Assembly: GCA_044229845.1 (NCBI GenBank) | Contig: JBGASG010000007.1 | Coordinates: forward strand, 160,001-224,000 | Length of the DNA: 64,000 bases | Origin: Candidatus Obscuribacteraceae bacterium | Lineage (GTDB): Bacteria; Cyanobacteriota; Vampirovibrionia; Obscuribacterales; Obscuribacteraceae | Direction: 5' to 3' | In this document: positions 49,633-60,067 of the stretch, piece by piece | Layout of the letters: the number at the start of each line of letters is the position of its first letter | How positions within the stretch are numbered: the first letter of the stretch is position 1 | Position numbers and translations under genes: made by a program | Notes under the pieces: generated by a model | What the model was told of the DNA's origin: nothing | Database searches by the model: none | The model's input: the letters and a program-made list of their open reading frames with translations, nothing else

Positions 49633-49786
49633 GGATGATCCTCCTCTGCAATGCAGACAATATATCCAGAATATAATTCGGAATGCTAATCTTAGCACCC
49701 GCTTCCCGGGCTCACAAGCCTGAAAAGCCCATGGACGGTCAATCTTGACCGTTTTTATTAGAGAAGGGCTTTATCTTTATATAAAC

Positions 49787-49813
49787 GTAGGGGCGGCCGT
49801 CCAGGCCGCCCCT
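49787..49813. repeat. GTAG-type REP-like hairpin, possibly also the EF-G2 terminator
   Basis: GTAG-GGGCGGCC-GTCCA-GGCCGCCC. Confidence 0.55.
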
Positions 49814-49839
49814 GTTGATTTCCTAAATCCCTGCCTGGG

Positions 49840-51927
49840 TTAGGCTTCAGCGGCTGCTGCCGTGGCCTGGGCTTGCAACTCCTTGGAGAGTTCCGGCGGT
49901 ACCTGAGCCAGGTGCGAGAACTTCCAGGTGTAATAGCCAAGACCCTGGGTGAGGGTGCGCAGTTCGATGATGTAGTCCCACAGTTCGCCTTGCGGAATGT
50001 TGGCGGTGACGGCATCCCAGCCCTGACGGTCGGGGTTGGGACCGTATCCAAGAATTTGTCCGCGGCGGCCGTTCAGCTGGCTGAGCACGCCCGAGGTGTA
50101 GCTGCTCGGAATGTGTACCGTCACTTCCGTGATCGGTTCCAGGATGAACGGATGGGCTTTGCCGAGTCCGTCGCGCATGCCCATGATGGCAGCGGTCCGG
50201 AACGACATTTCATCGGAGTCGACGTCGTGGTAGGAGCCGTCAAACAGATTGACGTGCACATCGACCACCGGATAGCCGGCCAGCGGTCCGCGGTTAAGCG
50301 CTTCCATGGCACCTTTTTCAACGCCCGGAATGAAGTTGCGCGGCACCGAGCCGCCGACGACGCTTTCGCTGAACTTGTTGCCTTCACCACGCGGCTGCGG
50401 TTCGATCTTGAAGTAGACTTCGCCGAACTGACCGCGACCGCCTGTTTGTTTCTTGTGGCGGCCGTGGGCGGAATCCACTTTGCCCATGATCGTTTCTTTG
50501 TATGCGATCTTGGGACGCTTCGCTTCCAGCTGGATGTTGTACTTGCGTTCAAGCCGTTGGCGAGCCAGGGTGAGGTGCATTTCGCCCTGTCCGTAAAGGC
50601 AGTATTCATGAGTGTCCGGGTCGCGGTCTACGACGAGCAGCGGATCTTCTTCGACAATCTTGGCGAGAAGAGTGGAGAGTTTTGCTTCGTCGTTTCTGTT
50701 CTTGGGTGCGATGGCCAGCGAGTACAGGGGCGGAGGCTCGTCGGCTTGCGCCATAATGGTGGTTTCTTTTTCCGACACCAGAGTGTCGCCGGTGCGGGGC
50801 GTTTCCATACGCGCAATGGCGACGATGGCGCCGGGACCAGCGGACGGCATAGTTTCTTGTTTCTTACCCAGCATCCAGTAGAGACCGCCGATGCGTTCTT
50901 TGCTGCCACCGCGCGTGGTATCAACTAAGTTGGTGTCGCCGGTGATGGTACCGGTCAAAACTCTCGCCAACGAGAGTTTTCCGGATTGCGGGTTGACGAA
51001 AGTCTTGATCACCTGGGCGACGACCGGTCCGTCTTCCTTGACGGTGATCACTTTGCCGTCTTTGTCTTTGTATTCGCGGTCCAGCGGCGACGGGCAAAGT
51101 GTGATGATGGCATCGAGCAGCGAGAAAACGCCGGCATCGGTTTGAGCTGAGCCGACCAGAATCGGAACAAAGGTGCCGGCTTGGACGGCGGCCTTCAAGT
51201 CTTTCTCGAGCATGTCTTGCGGCGGATCTTTTCCTTCCACAACCATTTCGAACAAAGCGTCGTCTGTGTCGGCGAGCGACTCGATCAGTTTCTCTCTGGA
51301 GTTGTCGACGTCGCTTTGCAGTTCACCCGGTACTTCTGATTTTTCTGGTTTGCCTTGGGCGCCGTAAGTGAATGCTTCTTTCTTCAGTACATCTACATAG
51401 CCGCTGATACCGTTGGCACCGATGATCGGATAGTGCATGGGGGCCAGCGGACGGGGTGTCTTCGTCCCCGGCATGTCCTTCAAAACTTGCAGGGTGGCGG
51501 GAAAGTCAACGTCGGGTTTGTCGAGCTTGTTGACGAATACAAGGCGTGCCACGCCGATTTTTTCTGTGAATCTCAGCAAGCTGTCCATCTGAATCAAGCG
51601 TGCCGGATCCGGTTCGACAACGAACACTGCCGTGTCGACACCCATGAGTGCCAGCTTTGCTTCTTCGACGAAGTCGATGAAACCGGGACAGTCGATGATG
51701 TTGAAAGTAACTCCATTGTAGGTCGTACGCGCCATCGAGGCGGAGGTGGACATCTGCCGAGCTACTGCTTCAGGTTCCCAGTCGGTGGTGGTGCTGCCGT
51801 CCTGTACCTTGCCCCGTCGAGAAATGGATCCGGTCAGGTGAAGAATCGCTTCGCACAGCGAGGTCTTCCCGCTTCTGTTGATACCGATGATTGCTACGTT
51901 GCGAATTTGACTTGCGGAACTAGCCAC
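49840..51927 (-). CDS. elongation factor G paralogue (EF-G2 type)
   Basis: Divergent G1 GINRSGKT; DCPG, NKLD, GQGEMHL, HKKQTGGRGQFG and DGSYHDVDS. GTG start after AGGAG. Confidence 0.93.
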   Translation of the reverse strand: MASSASQIRNVAIIGINRSGKTSLCEAILHLTGSISRRGKVQDGSTTTDWEPEAVARQMSTSASMARTTYNGVTFNIIDCPGFIDFVEEAKLALMGVDTAVFVVEPDPARLIQMDSLLRFTEKIGVARLVFVNKLDKPDVDFPATLQVLKDMPGTKTPRPLAPMHYPIIGANGISGYVDVLKKEAFTYGAQGKPEKSEVPGELQSDVDNSREKLIESLADTDDALFEMVVEGKDPPQDMLEKDLKAAVQAGTFVPILVGSAQTDAGVFSLLDAIITLCPSPLDREYKDKDGKVITVKEDGPVVAQVIKTFVNPQSGKLSLARVLTGTITGDTNLVDTTRGGSKERIGGLYWMLGKKQETMPSAGPGAIVAIARMETPRTGDTLVSEKETTIMAQADEPPPLYSLAIAPKNRNDEAKLSTLLAKIVEEDPLLVVDRDPDTHEYCLYGQGEMHLTLARQRLERKYNIQLEAKRPKIAYKETIMGKVDSAHGRHKKQTGGRGQFGEVYFKIEPQPRGEGNKFSESVVGGSVPRNFIPGVEKGAMEALNRGPLAGYPVVDVHVNLFDGSYHDVDSDEMSFRTAAIMGMRDGLGKAHPFILEPITEVTVHIPSSYTSGVLSQLNGRRGQILGYGPNPDRQGWDAVTANIPQGELWDYIIELRTLTQGLGYYTWKFSHLAQVPPELSKELQAQATAAAAEA

Positions 51928-52248
51928 GTTTTGTACTCCTGTTGGCAAGTGCTTTCCGATGGAAAGCGTGGGCGACCTAGCAAATGAGATTTTTCAAGAG
52001 ACGCTCATCTACAGGGAGAGACGGGAAGGAGACACGCCTGCTTACGTTGCAAACAGATCTCAGCGAACGTCTTCGAAGATATGCATTTGTGGTGCTAAAA
52101 AGACTATCAAATAGACACTGTAGATAGAGTATCCGCGCCCTAATTCGCGCGGAATTAATCTCGCCGCCGCAGTCGAGGCGCATGGCAAGCAGAACTTCGC
52201 TGGACCGCCGTCTGCGGAATTCGAGCTTATGTAATCTGCGGACGCAGA

Positions 52249-52893
52249 CTAAATGGGGCTGTCGTCGTCGTCGTTCTTGCCGAAGTTGTTTGAGTTGTCG
52301 AACTGGTTAACGTCGGCTGCTCCGGAACGCTCCCACGCGTTCAAACTTTGTGTCTTGTTGGTCTGGATCTTCATTGTCAGAGTGCGCAAAATCGTCAGAC
52401 GCGCTCTCTTGATGAGAGGAAACTTGTAGCTGCCAACCCAGCCGTCACCGACCGGCGGTGTGTAGACGATCGCTGGAGGAATGGGCACTTCCTTCCTGTC
52501 ACCGGTCACCGGGTCGGTCATCGGCATTGTCTGGCGGCCGAAGGTGAGCACAGTGTTCATGATTTTGGAGCCCGGCAGGTTCATCAAATCCGCTCCGGAA
52601 GTGATGCAAATCAGAGCGGCGAGAAGGAAGAACGGACCATAAAGCAAATGGTGATAAAGCGATCGGCGCTCAACGATCAAAGACTTGTCACTGGACGGCA
52701 GGTGCAAGACGTAAGGCGACAGCCAGGTGATCGGGACAAACAGGAATCCGAAATTCTCGAGACCCGTCCAGTACCGGACTCGTCCCTGAATGGCGGCCAG
52801 ATAAGCTTTGTAGCAGAACGAAGCGCCTAGCACGATCATTGCTCCGCCTACGACGAAGCGCAGCGCTGGCAAAAACGTTTCCATTCCTTCCAT
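52249..52893 (-). CDS. membrane hypothetical protein
   Basis: 214-aa ORF with three hydrophobic segments. Confidence 0.7.
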   Translation of the reverse strand: MEGMETFLPALRFVVGGAMIVLGASFCYKAYLAAIQGRVRYWTGLENFGFLFVPITWLSPYVLHLPSSDKSLIVERRSLYHHLLYGPFFLLAALICITSGADLMNLPGSKIMNTVLTFGRQTMPMTDPVTGDRKEVPIPPAIVYTPPVGDGWVGSYKFPLIKRARLTILRTLTMKIQTNKTQSLNAWERSGAADVNQFDNSNNFGKNDDDDSPI

Positions 52894-53198
52894 TTCTGTA
52901 TTCCTTGCAGAGCCCTTTCGGGGCAGAGACCTTTGAGCCTGAGAGCCTTCCTGTCGAATTGTCAGGAGGTATTAACATACCTCAGTTTACACTGCTTCTA
53001 TGCCAATTGTGTGGGTTTAAGTCACTTCCGTAAGCGAAAGTCTGACATCTTTTGGCACATTTCTTAAATTAGAGACCGAACGTGCGTAAGATCTTGCAGC
53101 AGGCAGCGGATGCCCACGCACGAGCTTAACCAGTGACTGATGTTGCTGGGTTGTTGCAGTCGTTTGAGGCCACCGCGAGCAGATTTGAGGAGGCTATC

Positions 53199-55040
53199 GT
53201 GACTCGGCCATTTCGCACCCATTACGCAGGAAAATTGACGGCCACCGACGCCGGTACTCAGGTGACATTGGCCGGCTGGGTGAATGTGCGCCGGGATCTG
53301 GGCGGATTGGTTTTCATCGAGTTGCGAGACCCGAGCGGGAAAGTGCAGCTGGTTGCCGATCCCAATCGCAACAAGGAAGTGCACGATGAATTTTCGACCT
53401 ACAAAAGCGAATATGTGATATCAGTCACCGGCACGGTCAGCAAGCGGCCGCAGGGCAGTGAGAATACCGAAACGGCCACCGGCGCGATTGAGATCTATCC
53501 CGAGTCGACTCAGCTTCTGAACACGGCGCGTCCGTTGCCGTTCTCCTTGCATGATGCCGCCAAAGTAGACGAGGGGTTGCGTCTGAAAAATCGCTACTTC
53601 GACCTGCGCCGGCCGGAAATGCACAACAATCTGGTGACGCGCCACCGCGTTGCGCAGGCAATCAGGCAGTATCTGGACAGTCAGGGTTTCATCGAAGTGG
53701 AAACGCCAATCTTGACGAAAGCCACCCCGGAAGGGGCTCGCGACTTCCTGGTGCCCAGTCGTCTGAATCCGGGACAGTTCTATGCACTGCCACAATCGCC
53801 GCAGCTGTTCAAGCAGACGCTGATGATCAGCGGCGTCGATCGGTATTACCAGATCGCGCGCTGCTTCCGCGATGAAGACTTGCGAGCCGATCGGCAGCCC
53901 GAGTTCACTCAGGTTGATCTGGAGCTCTCTTTCTGCGATGAAGAGGCGGTGATGGCTGTGACTGAAGGACTGGTAAGCGCCGCCTTTCTGTGCGTCGGAC
54001 TGAACATCGAGGGTCCGTTCGAGCGACTGCCGTACAAAGATGCCATGGCTCGATTCGGCTCCGACAAGCCGGATAGACGCTTCGCCCTGGAGCTGCAGGA
54101 TCTGACACCGGTCGCTTTAACCTGCAATTTCAAAGTCTTCAAAGGCGTCTGCGAGTCCGGCGGTCAGCTGAAAGCCCTGGTTGTCACAGGCGGAGCTACC
54201 GGCGTGTCGCGCAAACAGCTTGATCTGTGGACCGACTTTGCCAAAGCCGCCGGCGCCAAGGGGCTCGCCTGGCTGGCGCTGGCGCCGGAGGGTCTGCGCT
54301 CATCGGGCATTCATCAGCATTTCTCGGCGGACGAAATAGCTGAGATGAAGAAACTGAGCGGAGCCGTAGATGGTGACCTTCTGCTTCTGGTTGCCGACAA
54401 ACCGAAGATGGTGGCAAATGTGCTCGGACGCCTGCGGTTGAAACTGGCGGAAGAGCTGAATTTGATCGACGAAAGCCAGCATGACTTGCACTGGATTACC
54501 GAGTTTCCCGCTTTCGAATACGACGAAGGTGAAAAGCGGATGTTCGCCGTCAATCACCCATTCACGAGCCCGCGGCTGGAAGATCTGGATTTGCTGGATA
54601 CAGACCCAGAGAGCTGCCGGGCGCGCGCGTATGACATCATCTACAACGGTGTGGAAATCGGCGGCGGATCGATCAGAATCCATTCTAAAGATGTGCAGGA
54701 ACGGGCTTTCGCCGTGCTGGGACTGACTGCAGAGGAAGCCCGCGATAAGTTCGGATTCTTACTGGATGCGCTGGAATCAGGCGCGCCACCGCATGGCGGG
54801 CTGGCGATCGGACTGGATCGGCTGGTGATGCTTCTGGTTGGAGGCAAGTCGATACGTGACGTGATCGCTTTTCCCAAGACGCAATCCGGAGCCTGTTTGA
54901 TGACCGAGGCACCATCGGCGGCGGCAGAAGCTGCGCTGGCGGAGCTGCACATTCAGTTCAAAAAGCCGGCGGAAGAATCGGGTGGCAAAGCCTCGAAAGA
55001 AGCACAGAAAGATTTAAACGCAGCGCCGGCCAAAAGCTGA
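53199..55040 (+). CDS. aspS: aspartate--tRNA ligase
   Basis: [29 protein letters not shown] and [12 protein letters not shown] motifs; GTG after GAGGAGG. Confidence 0.97.
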   Translation: MTRPFRTHYAGKLTATDAGTQVTLAGWVNVRRDLGGLVFIELRDPSGKVQLVADPNRNKEVHDEFSTYKSEYVISVTGTVSKRPQGSENTETATGAIEIYPESTQLLNTARPLPFSLHDAAKVDEGLRLKNRYFDLRRPEMHNNLVTRHRVAQAIRQYLDSQGFIEVETPILTKATPEGARDFLVPSRLNPGQFYALPQSPQLFKQTLMISGVDRYYQIARCFRDEDLRADRQPEFTQVDLELSFCDEEAVMAVTEGLVSAAFLCVGLNIEGPFERLPYKDAMARFGSDKPDRRFALELQDLTPVALTCNFKVFKGVCESGGQLKALVVTGGATGVSRKQLDLWTDFAKAAGAKGLAWLALAPEGLRSSGIHQHFSADEIAEMKKLSGAVDGDLLLLVADKPKMVANVLGRLRLKLAEELNLIDESQHDLHWITEFPAFEYDEGEKRMFAVNHPFTSPRLEDLDLLDTDPESCRARAYDIIYNGVEIGGGSIRIHSKDVQERAFAVLGLTAEEARDKFGFLLDALESGAPPHGGLAIGLDRLVMLLVGGKSIRDVIAFPKTQSGACLMTEAPSAAAEAALAELHIQFKKPAEESGGKASKEAQKDLNAAPAKS

Positions 55041-55184
55041 AACGACGGCGTGCCATATTTTGGCTGCCCATATCCGGGTAAAACCCTAGGAAAATCCGCG
55101 GAATAGCCGCGTGCGCCGAAAGCTGGGACAAGTGATAAAATCGAAGGAATCTAAGCTTAGAATTGCCCGCGCTATTTACGTTTG

Positions 55185-56021
55185 ATGCCTCACGCCTCCC
55201 ATTTACTACAGAAACGAATTCGGACTCTCACTATCGTCGCCGCGGTAGCGATTGGCGCGTCCGGATTTGCTGCTGGATGCGGCGTTATGAAGAACTCCGC
55301 TGAATATCTCATCTCCGGCAATGAGTTTTTCAAGGTTGGCGACTACCCCAAGGCCGAGAAAGACTATCGTGAGGCGCTTAAGCGTTCGGCTACCCCTGTT
55401 GAGCGGGCCACAGCCCTCAACAACCTGGGTGTAGTTTTGAACGAGGAAGGGCAGTACGGGCAGGCGGTTGAAGTCTTCAAAGAAGGGCTGGGCATCGATC
55501 CCAAGAACGTGATTGCCACTTACGCGATGGCACAGGCGCTGGTGAATCTCAAGCGGTACGACGAAGCCATCGAGATGGCGCGCAAGGCCATCGAGATCAA
55601 TCCGGATGAAGCCGGCGGGCACCGGGCTCTGGCTGATGCCGCATTTGCCAAAGGCGATTACCAGACGGCCTCCGACGAATACCGCTACCTGACGCAAGCC
55701 GATGCCGACGATGACGAAGCTCATCAAAATCTGGCCAAAGCACAAGCCGCCAACGGCGACCCTGAAGGTGCGATGGTCGAAAATCAAAAAGCTATCGAGA
55801 TTAATCCCGACAATGCGCTGGCGATTACGCAGAAGGCCGAGTTGCATCTCAAGAAGGGAGACCGCGCGGCTGCTCTGGCCGAAGTCGAAAAGGCGCTGGA
55901 CAAAGATCCGGATTTGAAGCCGGCGAAAGACTTGCTCAGCCAGCTACAAGGCAGCTCGGAAGCCAGTCGCGCCACCGGCACCGGCACTGCCGCGTCACAG
56001 ACGACTGAGACCACCAACTAA
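55185..56021 (+). CDS. TPR-repeat lipoprotein
   Basis: FAAGC lipobox-like motif; multiple TPRs. Confidence 0.85.
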   Translation: MPHASHLLQKRIRTLTIVAAVAIGASGFAAGCGVMKNSAEYLISGNEFFKVGDYPKAEKDYREALKRSATPVERATALNNLGVVLNEEGQYGQAVEVFKEGLGIDPKNVIATYAMAQALVNLKRYDEAIEMARKAIEINPDEAGGHRALADAAFAKGDYQTASDEYRYLTQADADDDEAHQNLAKAQAANGDPEGAMVENQKAIEINPDNALAITQKAELHLKKGDRAAALAEVEKALDKDPDLKPAKDLLSQLQGSSEASRATGTGTAASQTTETTN

Positions 56022-56157
56022 CGCGCGCTATTAGCTTGTTTCTGATCTCTGTCGGCAGATCTTTTTTGGGGCTGGCATTGAACTTTTTTTGCCTCTTGGC
56101 CGTTTAAAAGTAAAGACAACAAATGCAGTTCGGCGCCCTACGGCTATGGAGGTGTCT

Positions 56158-57711
56158 ATGTTTGCACGTGTCCTATCAGGCAGCGTCAGCGGAGTTGAGG
56201 CCTATCGAATTGATGTGGAGGTGGTTTGCCGCAGTGGTATTGGACAGATCAATATTGTCGGATTGCCCGATGCAGCTGTTAAAGAGGCGCAGGACAGAGT
56301 GCGTTCAGCGATCACAGCTTGCGAATATTTGATGCCTTCATGCAGCAAGTGGGTGATCAACCTTGCACCGGCCGACATGCGCAAGGCGGGGCCAGCCTTC
56401 GACTTGCCGATGGCGGTGGGCATGCTGGCTTCGAGCGGGCGCCTCTGCCAGGAACATCTGGGTGATTTCTGGCTGGTCGGTGAAGTTGGATTGGACGGAT
56501 CGATTCGTCCGATTTCCGGGGTGCTGCCGATTGCCATGGCCTGTTTGCGAGAGGGGGTGACCAAGATGATCGTGCCCGAGGCCAATGCCGCAGAAGCGGC
56601 GCTGGTAGTGGGACTGGATGTCTATCCAGTCAGCCATCTAAAGCAGGTTTGCGCATTGCTCAATGACCCTACCAGCGGTGCGCGCTATTATGTCAATCAC
56701 GAGGAAACCTTCGCGCGGTTGTCGCGGAACGGACGCTTCGACATTGATTACATTGATGTGAAAGGACAGGAGTACGCTAAGCGTGCCATGGCGATCGCCG
56801 CGGCCGGACGCCACAATCTATTGATGGTCGGACCGCCCGGTACCGGCAAATCCATGCTTGCCCAGCGGCTGCCGACGATCATGCCGCCGCTGGAATTCGT
56901 TGAAGCTCTAGAGTTGACTAAGCTCTACAGTGTGGCTGGGCTGCTGGCGTCGAAAGGCGGGATCATAAGCGAGCGACCGTTTCGGTCACCGCACCACAGC
57001 GCCTCCATGAGTGGTCTCGTCGGTGGTGGCAACTATCCCCGCCCGGGAGAGATTTCTTTGAGTCACCTCGGCGTGCTGTTTCTGGATGAGCTGACTGAAT
57101 TTCCGCGTCACTATCTGGACTGTCTGCGGCAGCCGCTGGAAAGCGGACAGGTGACAATCAGCCGTGCCAATCTCAGCCTTACCTATCCGGCACAGTTCTT
57201 GCTGGTCTGTGCCTGCAACCCCTGTCCATGCGGCTATCGCGGTGACCCGTATCGCAGCTGCACCTGTTCGTCTGGGCAGGCAGATCGGTACTGGTCGCGA
57301 CTGTCTGGACCATTTTTGGATCGGTTGGATTTAAATGTTCCAGTCGGACGTTTGTCTGCTGAAGACATTAACGGTCTGGGGACCGCTCCCCCCACCAGTT
57401 CGGAAACGCTGCGCTTAAAAGTACTGCGTGCAGTAGATCGGCAGAAGGAGCGCAATCAAACAGTCGATTACTTCTACTACAATTCGCAAATGCCGCCGGC
57501 AGCTGTTAAAAAGTTCTGTCCGATCGGCGAACAAGCACGCCAGTTAATGTCGCGAGCCGTTGACAGGATGGGACTGAGCGCTCGTGGGCACGACCGGATA
57601 CTGCGGGTGGCTCGCACCATTGCCGATCTGGATGGATTCGATGACGTGACTTTGTCGCATGTTGCAGAAGCAATAAGCTATCGGCTGCTCAGACAGCCGA
57701 TACCCTTCTAG
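56158..57711 (+). CDS. comM: ComM/YifB Mg-chelatase-like AAA ATPase
   Basis: IVGLPD, NLAPAD, GPPGTGKS, RPFRSPHH, FLDE and LRVARTIADL motifs. Confidence 0.92.
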   Translation: MFARVLSGSVSGVEAYRIDVEVVCRSGIGQINIVGLPDAAVKEAQDRVRSAITACEYLMPSCSKWVINLAPADMRKAGPAFDLPMAVGMLASSGRLCQEHLGDFWLVGEVGLDGSIRPISGVLPIAMACLREGVTKMIVPEANAAEAALVVGLDVYPVSHLKQVCALLNDPTSGARYYVNHEETFARLSRNGRFDIDYIDVKGQEYAKRAMAIAAAGRHNLLMVGPPGTGKSMLAQRLPTIMPPLEFVEALELTKLYSVAGLLASKGGIISERPFRSPHHSASMSGLVGGGNYPRPGEISLSHLGVLFLDELTEFPRHYLDCLRQPLESGQVTISRANLSLTYPAQFLLVCACNPCPCGYRGDPYRSCTCSSGQADRYWSRLSGPFLDRLDLNVPVGRLSAEDINGLGTAPPTSSETLRLKVLRAVDRQKERNQTVDYFYYNSQMPPAAVKKFCPIGEQARQLMSRAVDRMGLSARGHDRILRVARTIADLDGFDDVTLSHVAEAISYRLLRQPIPF

Positions 57712-57799
57712 AAGCAGTCAGCCTCTCGCCGACACGCCTGGATGCGAGGAACCAAAAAGCCGCCGCTGCGTCGATTTAACGACCTGCGGAGGAAAGCTA

Positions 57800-58543
57800 T
57801 TGGCAGATGTATTAGGCACCAGCGTTGCGGCAGCCCGTTTCTATCGAACTTTGATCGAACTATTGCAAGCAAAGCAAATCCCATTTCTGTTGGGCGGCGC
57901 TTATGCGCTCGTTCGCTACGCGCCGATCAGACGCCGCACCAAAGACTTGGATTTATTCGTTCGTCGGTCCGACTGCGCGCGAGTTTTGAAAGCTGCAGAT
58001 CAAGCGGGTTTTCGCACCGAATTAACAGACAAGCAGTGGTTGGCAAAGGTATTCTCAGATCAGTACTTCACCGACATTATCTTCAGTTCGCGCAACGGAA
58101 TTGCCACCGTCGATGATGCCTGGTTTGAGCATGCTGTTACCAGCAATGTGTTCGGGGTGGAGCTGAGCCTCTGCCCTCCCGAGGAAGTTCTCTGGTCCAA
58201 GTCCTATGTCATGGAACGCGATCGATTCGACGGTGCGGACATCGCCAAATTGATTTACACGCGCGGTTCGCGCATGGATTGGGATCGCTTGCAGTGGCGA
58301 TTTTCCGACACATGGCAAATTTTGCTCGCACATGTGACGCTTTACGATTTCATCTATCCAGGCGCACCGGAAGCAATTCCCACCTGGATCCGCGACTGGC
58401 TGCTTTCGCAAGCCTTTCGTCAGTCCGAGAAGGGACATGACACAAGTGAATGTCGTGGACATCTGTTAGCCCAGAGCCAATATCCCACCGACGCTCCGGC
58501 CGAAAAAAGTGGCGAAATTCGTCGTCGCAAACCGGCAGCATGA
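57800..58543 (+). CDS. nucleotidyltransferase family protein
   Basis: FLLGGAYAL...RRTKDLDLF, WLAK and MERDRFDGAD motifs. Confidence 0.85.
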   Translation: MADVLGTSVAAARFYRTLIELLQAKQIPFLLGGAYALVRYAPIRRRTKDLDLFVRRSDCARVLKAADQAGFRTELTDKQWLAKVFSDQYFTDIIFSSRNGIATVDDAWFEHAVTSNVFGVELSLCPPEEVLWSKSYVMERDRFDGADIAKLIYTRGSRMDWDRLQWRFSDTWQILLAHVTLYDFIYPGAPEAIPTWIRDWLLSQAFRQSEKGHDTSECRGHLLAQSQYPTDAPAEKSGEIRRRKPAA

Positions 58544-58548
58544 CATCA

Positions 58549-58584
58549 TCTAGAATCTCAACCGATATCGGTTGAGATTCTAGA
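58549..58584. repeat. dispersed palindrome copy 5 (36-bp perfect)
   Basis: TCTAGAATCTCAACCGATATCGGTTGAGATTCTAGA; overlaps the lysC stop codon. Confidence 0.95.
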
Positions 58585-59956
58585 CGGCGGCCGCGGCGGA
58601 GAAAAATTCGGAATGTAGCTGCTTGACGGCTTTGTCGGCGTCCGTGTTGTTGACAACGAAGTTGATGTTGATGTCGGAGGCGCCGCCGGAGATAACGATG
58701 ATATTTATGTCGCTGAGGGCTCGGAACACTCGGCCGGCGATGCCGCTTTGTTCACGAAACTGTCGTCCGACAACTGAAACGATGGCTACTTTATCCAGAG
58801 TTTGTAATTCCCCGAATTCGGATAGGTCTTTAAGTAGTGGCTCGGCCTGGTCTTTTGAGTCGATGGTGAGTGCCACCGAGACTTCCGATGTGGCAATCAG
58901 GTCGATGGGTACTTTATGGCGGTCGAAGACCTGGAAGACTTGAGCCAGGAAGCCGTGAGTCATCAACATACGGGGAGAATTGAGGAACAACGCTGTGATG
59001 TCTTTTTTGGCGGCCACGGCGCGTATTGTGCCCGTGGCGCGAGCGGTGGCAGTAATTAGTGTGCCCTGATTCTCTGGATTGAAAGTGTTGAGGATGCGCA
59101 CCGGGATGTTTTGTTCGACGGCTGGTTTGATCGTCAGCGGATGCAAGACCTTGGCGCCAAAATAGGCAAGCTCGGAAGCCTCTTGAAACGAGACTTCATC
59201 CAGCAAGCGAGCCTCTGGTACCACACGAGGATCGGCTGACAGCATGCCGTCGACATCGGTCCAGATCTGAATTTCGCGGGCTTTAATAGCCGCGCCGATA
59301 ATGGAGGCGCTGTAGTCGGAGCCGCCTCTTCCCAGGGTGGTGCTCACACCGTCAGTGGTGGCACCGATAAAACCTTGGGTGAAGACGATTTTCTTCTGCT
59401 TCAACTCCGGCGTGATTAGCTGGCGGCAGCGCTTTTCGACCTCCTCCCAGAGCGGGGAGGCTTTTCCGAAACTGTCGTCGGTGATCATGAAGTTGCGGGC
59501 GTCCAACCAATGCGCATCTATTTTTTGCTGCACCGCGTATGCGGCTAGTATTTTGGAAGACAGCAATTCGCCGATCCCGGATACGGCATCCAGTGAGCGT
59601 TTTGAAAGTTCTCCCAGGTAGGAGATACCTTTGTAGAGAACGTCCAGCTCTTCCAGGTATGGTGTCAGTTCCTCAAGTATTTTTGCCGCCGCATCACTTT
59701 TGCCTAGCAATTCATCAATCGCTTGTTCGTGCTTGTTGAGAATGGCTCTGACTGTCTGAGATGCTTCCGTCAGGTTGTGAGCCAGTGCCTGCTCGGCGCC
59801 GGCAATCAACAAGTTGGTAACGCCGGACATGGCGGATAAGACCACCACCGGCGGTTCTCCTTTTTCCTTGTCCATCGCGCGGGTAGAAAGCGCCAGCACT
59901 TGCTTCATGCGCTCCGCTGAGCCCACGGAGGTGCCGCCAAATTTCATCACCAACAT
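58580..59956 (-). CDS. lysC: aspartate kinase
   Basis: VMKFGGTSVG, LSAMSGVT, TLGRGGSDYSA and WTDVDG motifs; two ACT domains. Confidence 0.96.
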   Translation of the reverse strand: MLVMKFGGTSVGSAERMKQVLALSTRAMDKEKGEPPVVVLSAMSGVTNLLIAGAEQALAHNLTEASQTVRAILNKHEQAIDELLGKSDAAAKILEELTPYLEELDVLYKGISYLGELSKRSLDAVSGIGELLSSKILAAYAVQQKIDAHWLDARNFMITDDSFGKASPLWEEVEKRCRQLITPELKQKKIVFTQGFIGATTDGVSTTLGRGGSDYSASIIGAAIKAREIQIWTDVDGMLSADPRVVPEARLLDEVSFQEASELAYFGAKVLHPLTIKPAVEQNIPVRILNTFNPENQGTLITATARATGTIRAVAAKKDITALFLNSPRMLMTHGFLAQVFQVFDRHKVPIDLIATSEVSVALTIDSKDQAEPLLKDLSEFGELQTLDKVAIVSVVGRQFREQSGIAGRVFRALSDINIIVISGGASDININFVVNNTDADKAVKQLHSEFFSAAAAV

Positions 59957-60067
59957 GACTGGGGAAACCTCATTCCGAACTCCTTCTGGGGAGCAAAAAT
60001 TCAGCCGCAGCAGGCTTGGCTGCGACGGACTGATTCAGGGGTGTACATTCCGGATGGAACCGACGCG

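Noticed and set aside
59957..60067. Lysine riboswitch upstream of lysC
   Set aside because: The gap is only ~110 bp, shorter than the aptamer, and I see no consensus elements.
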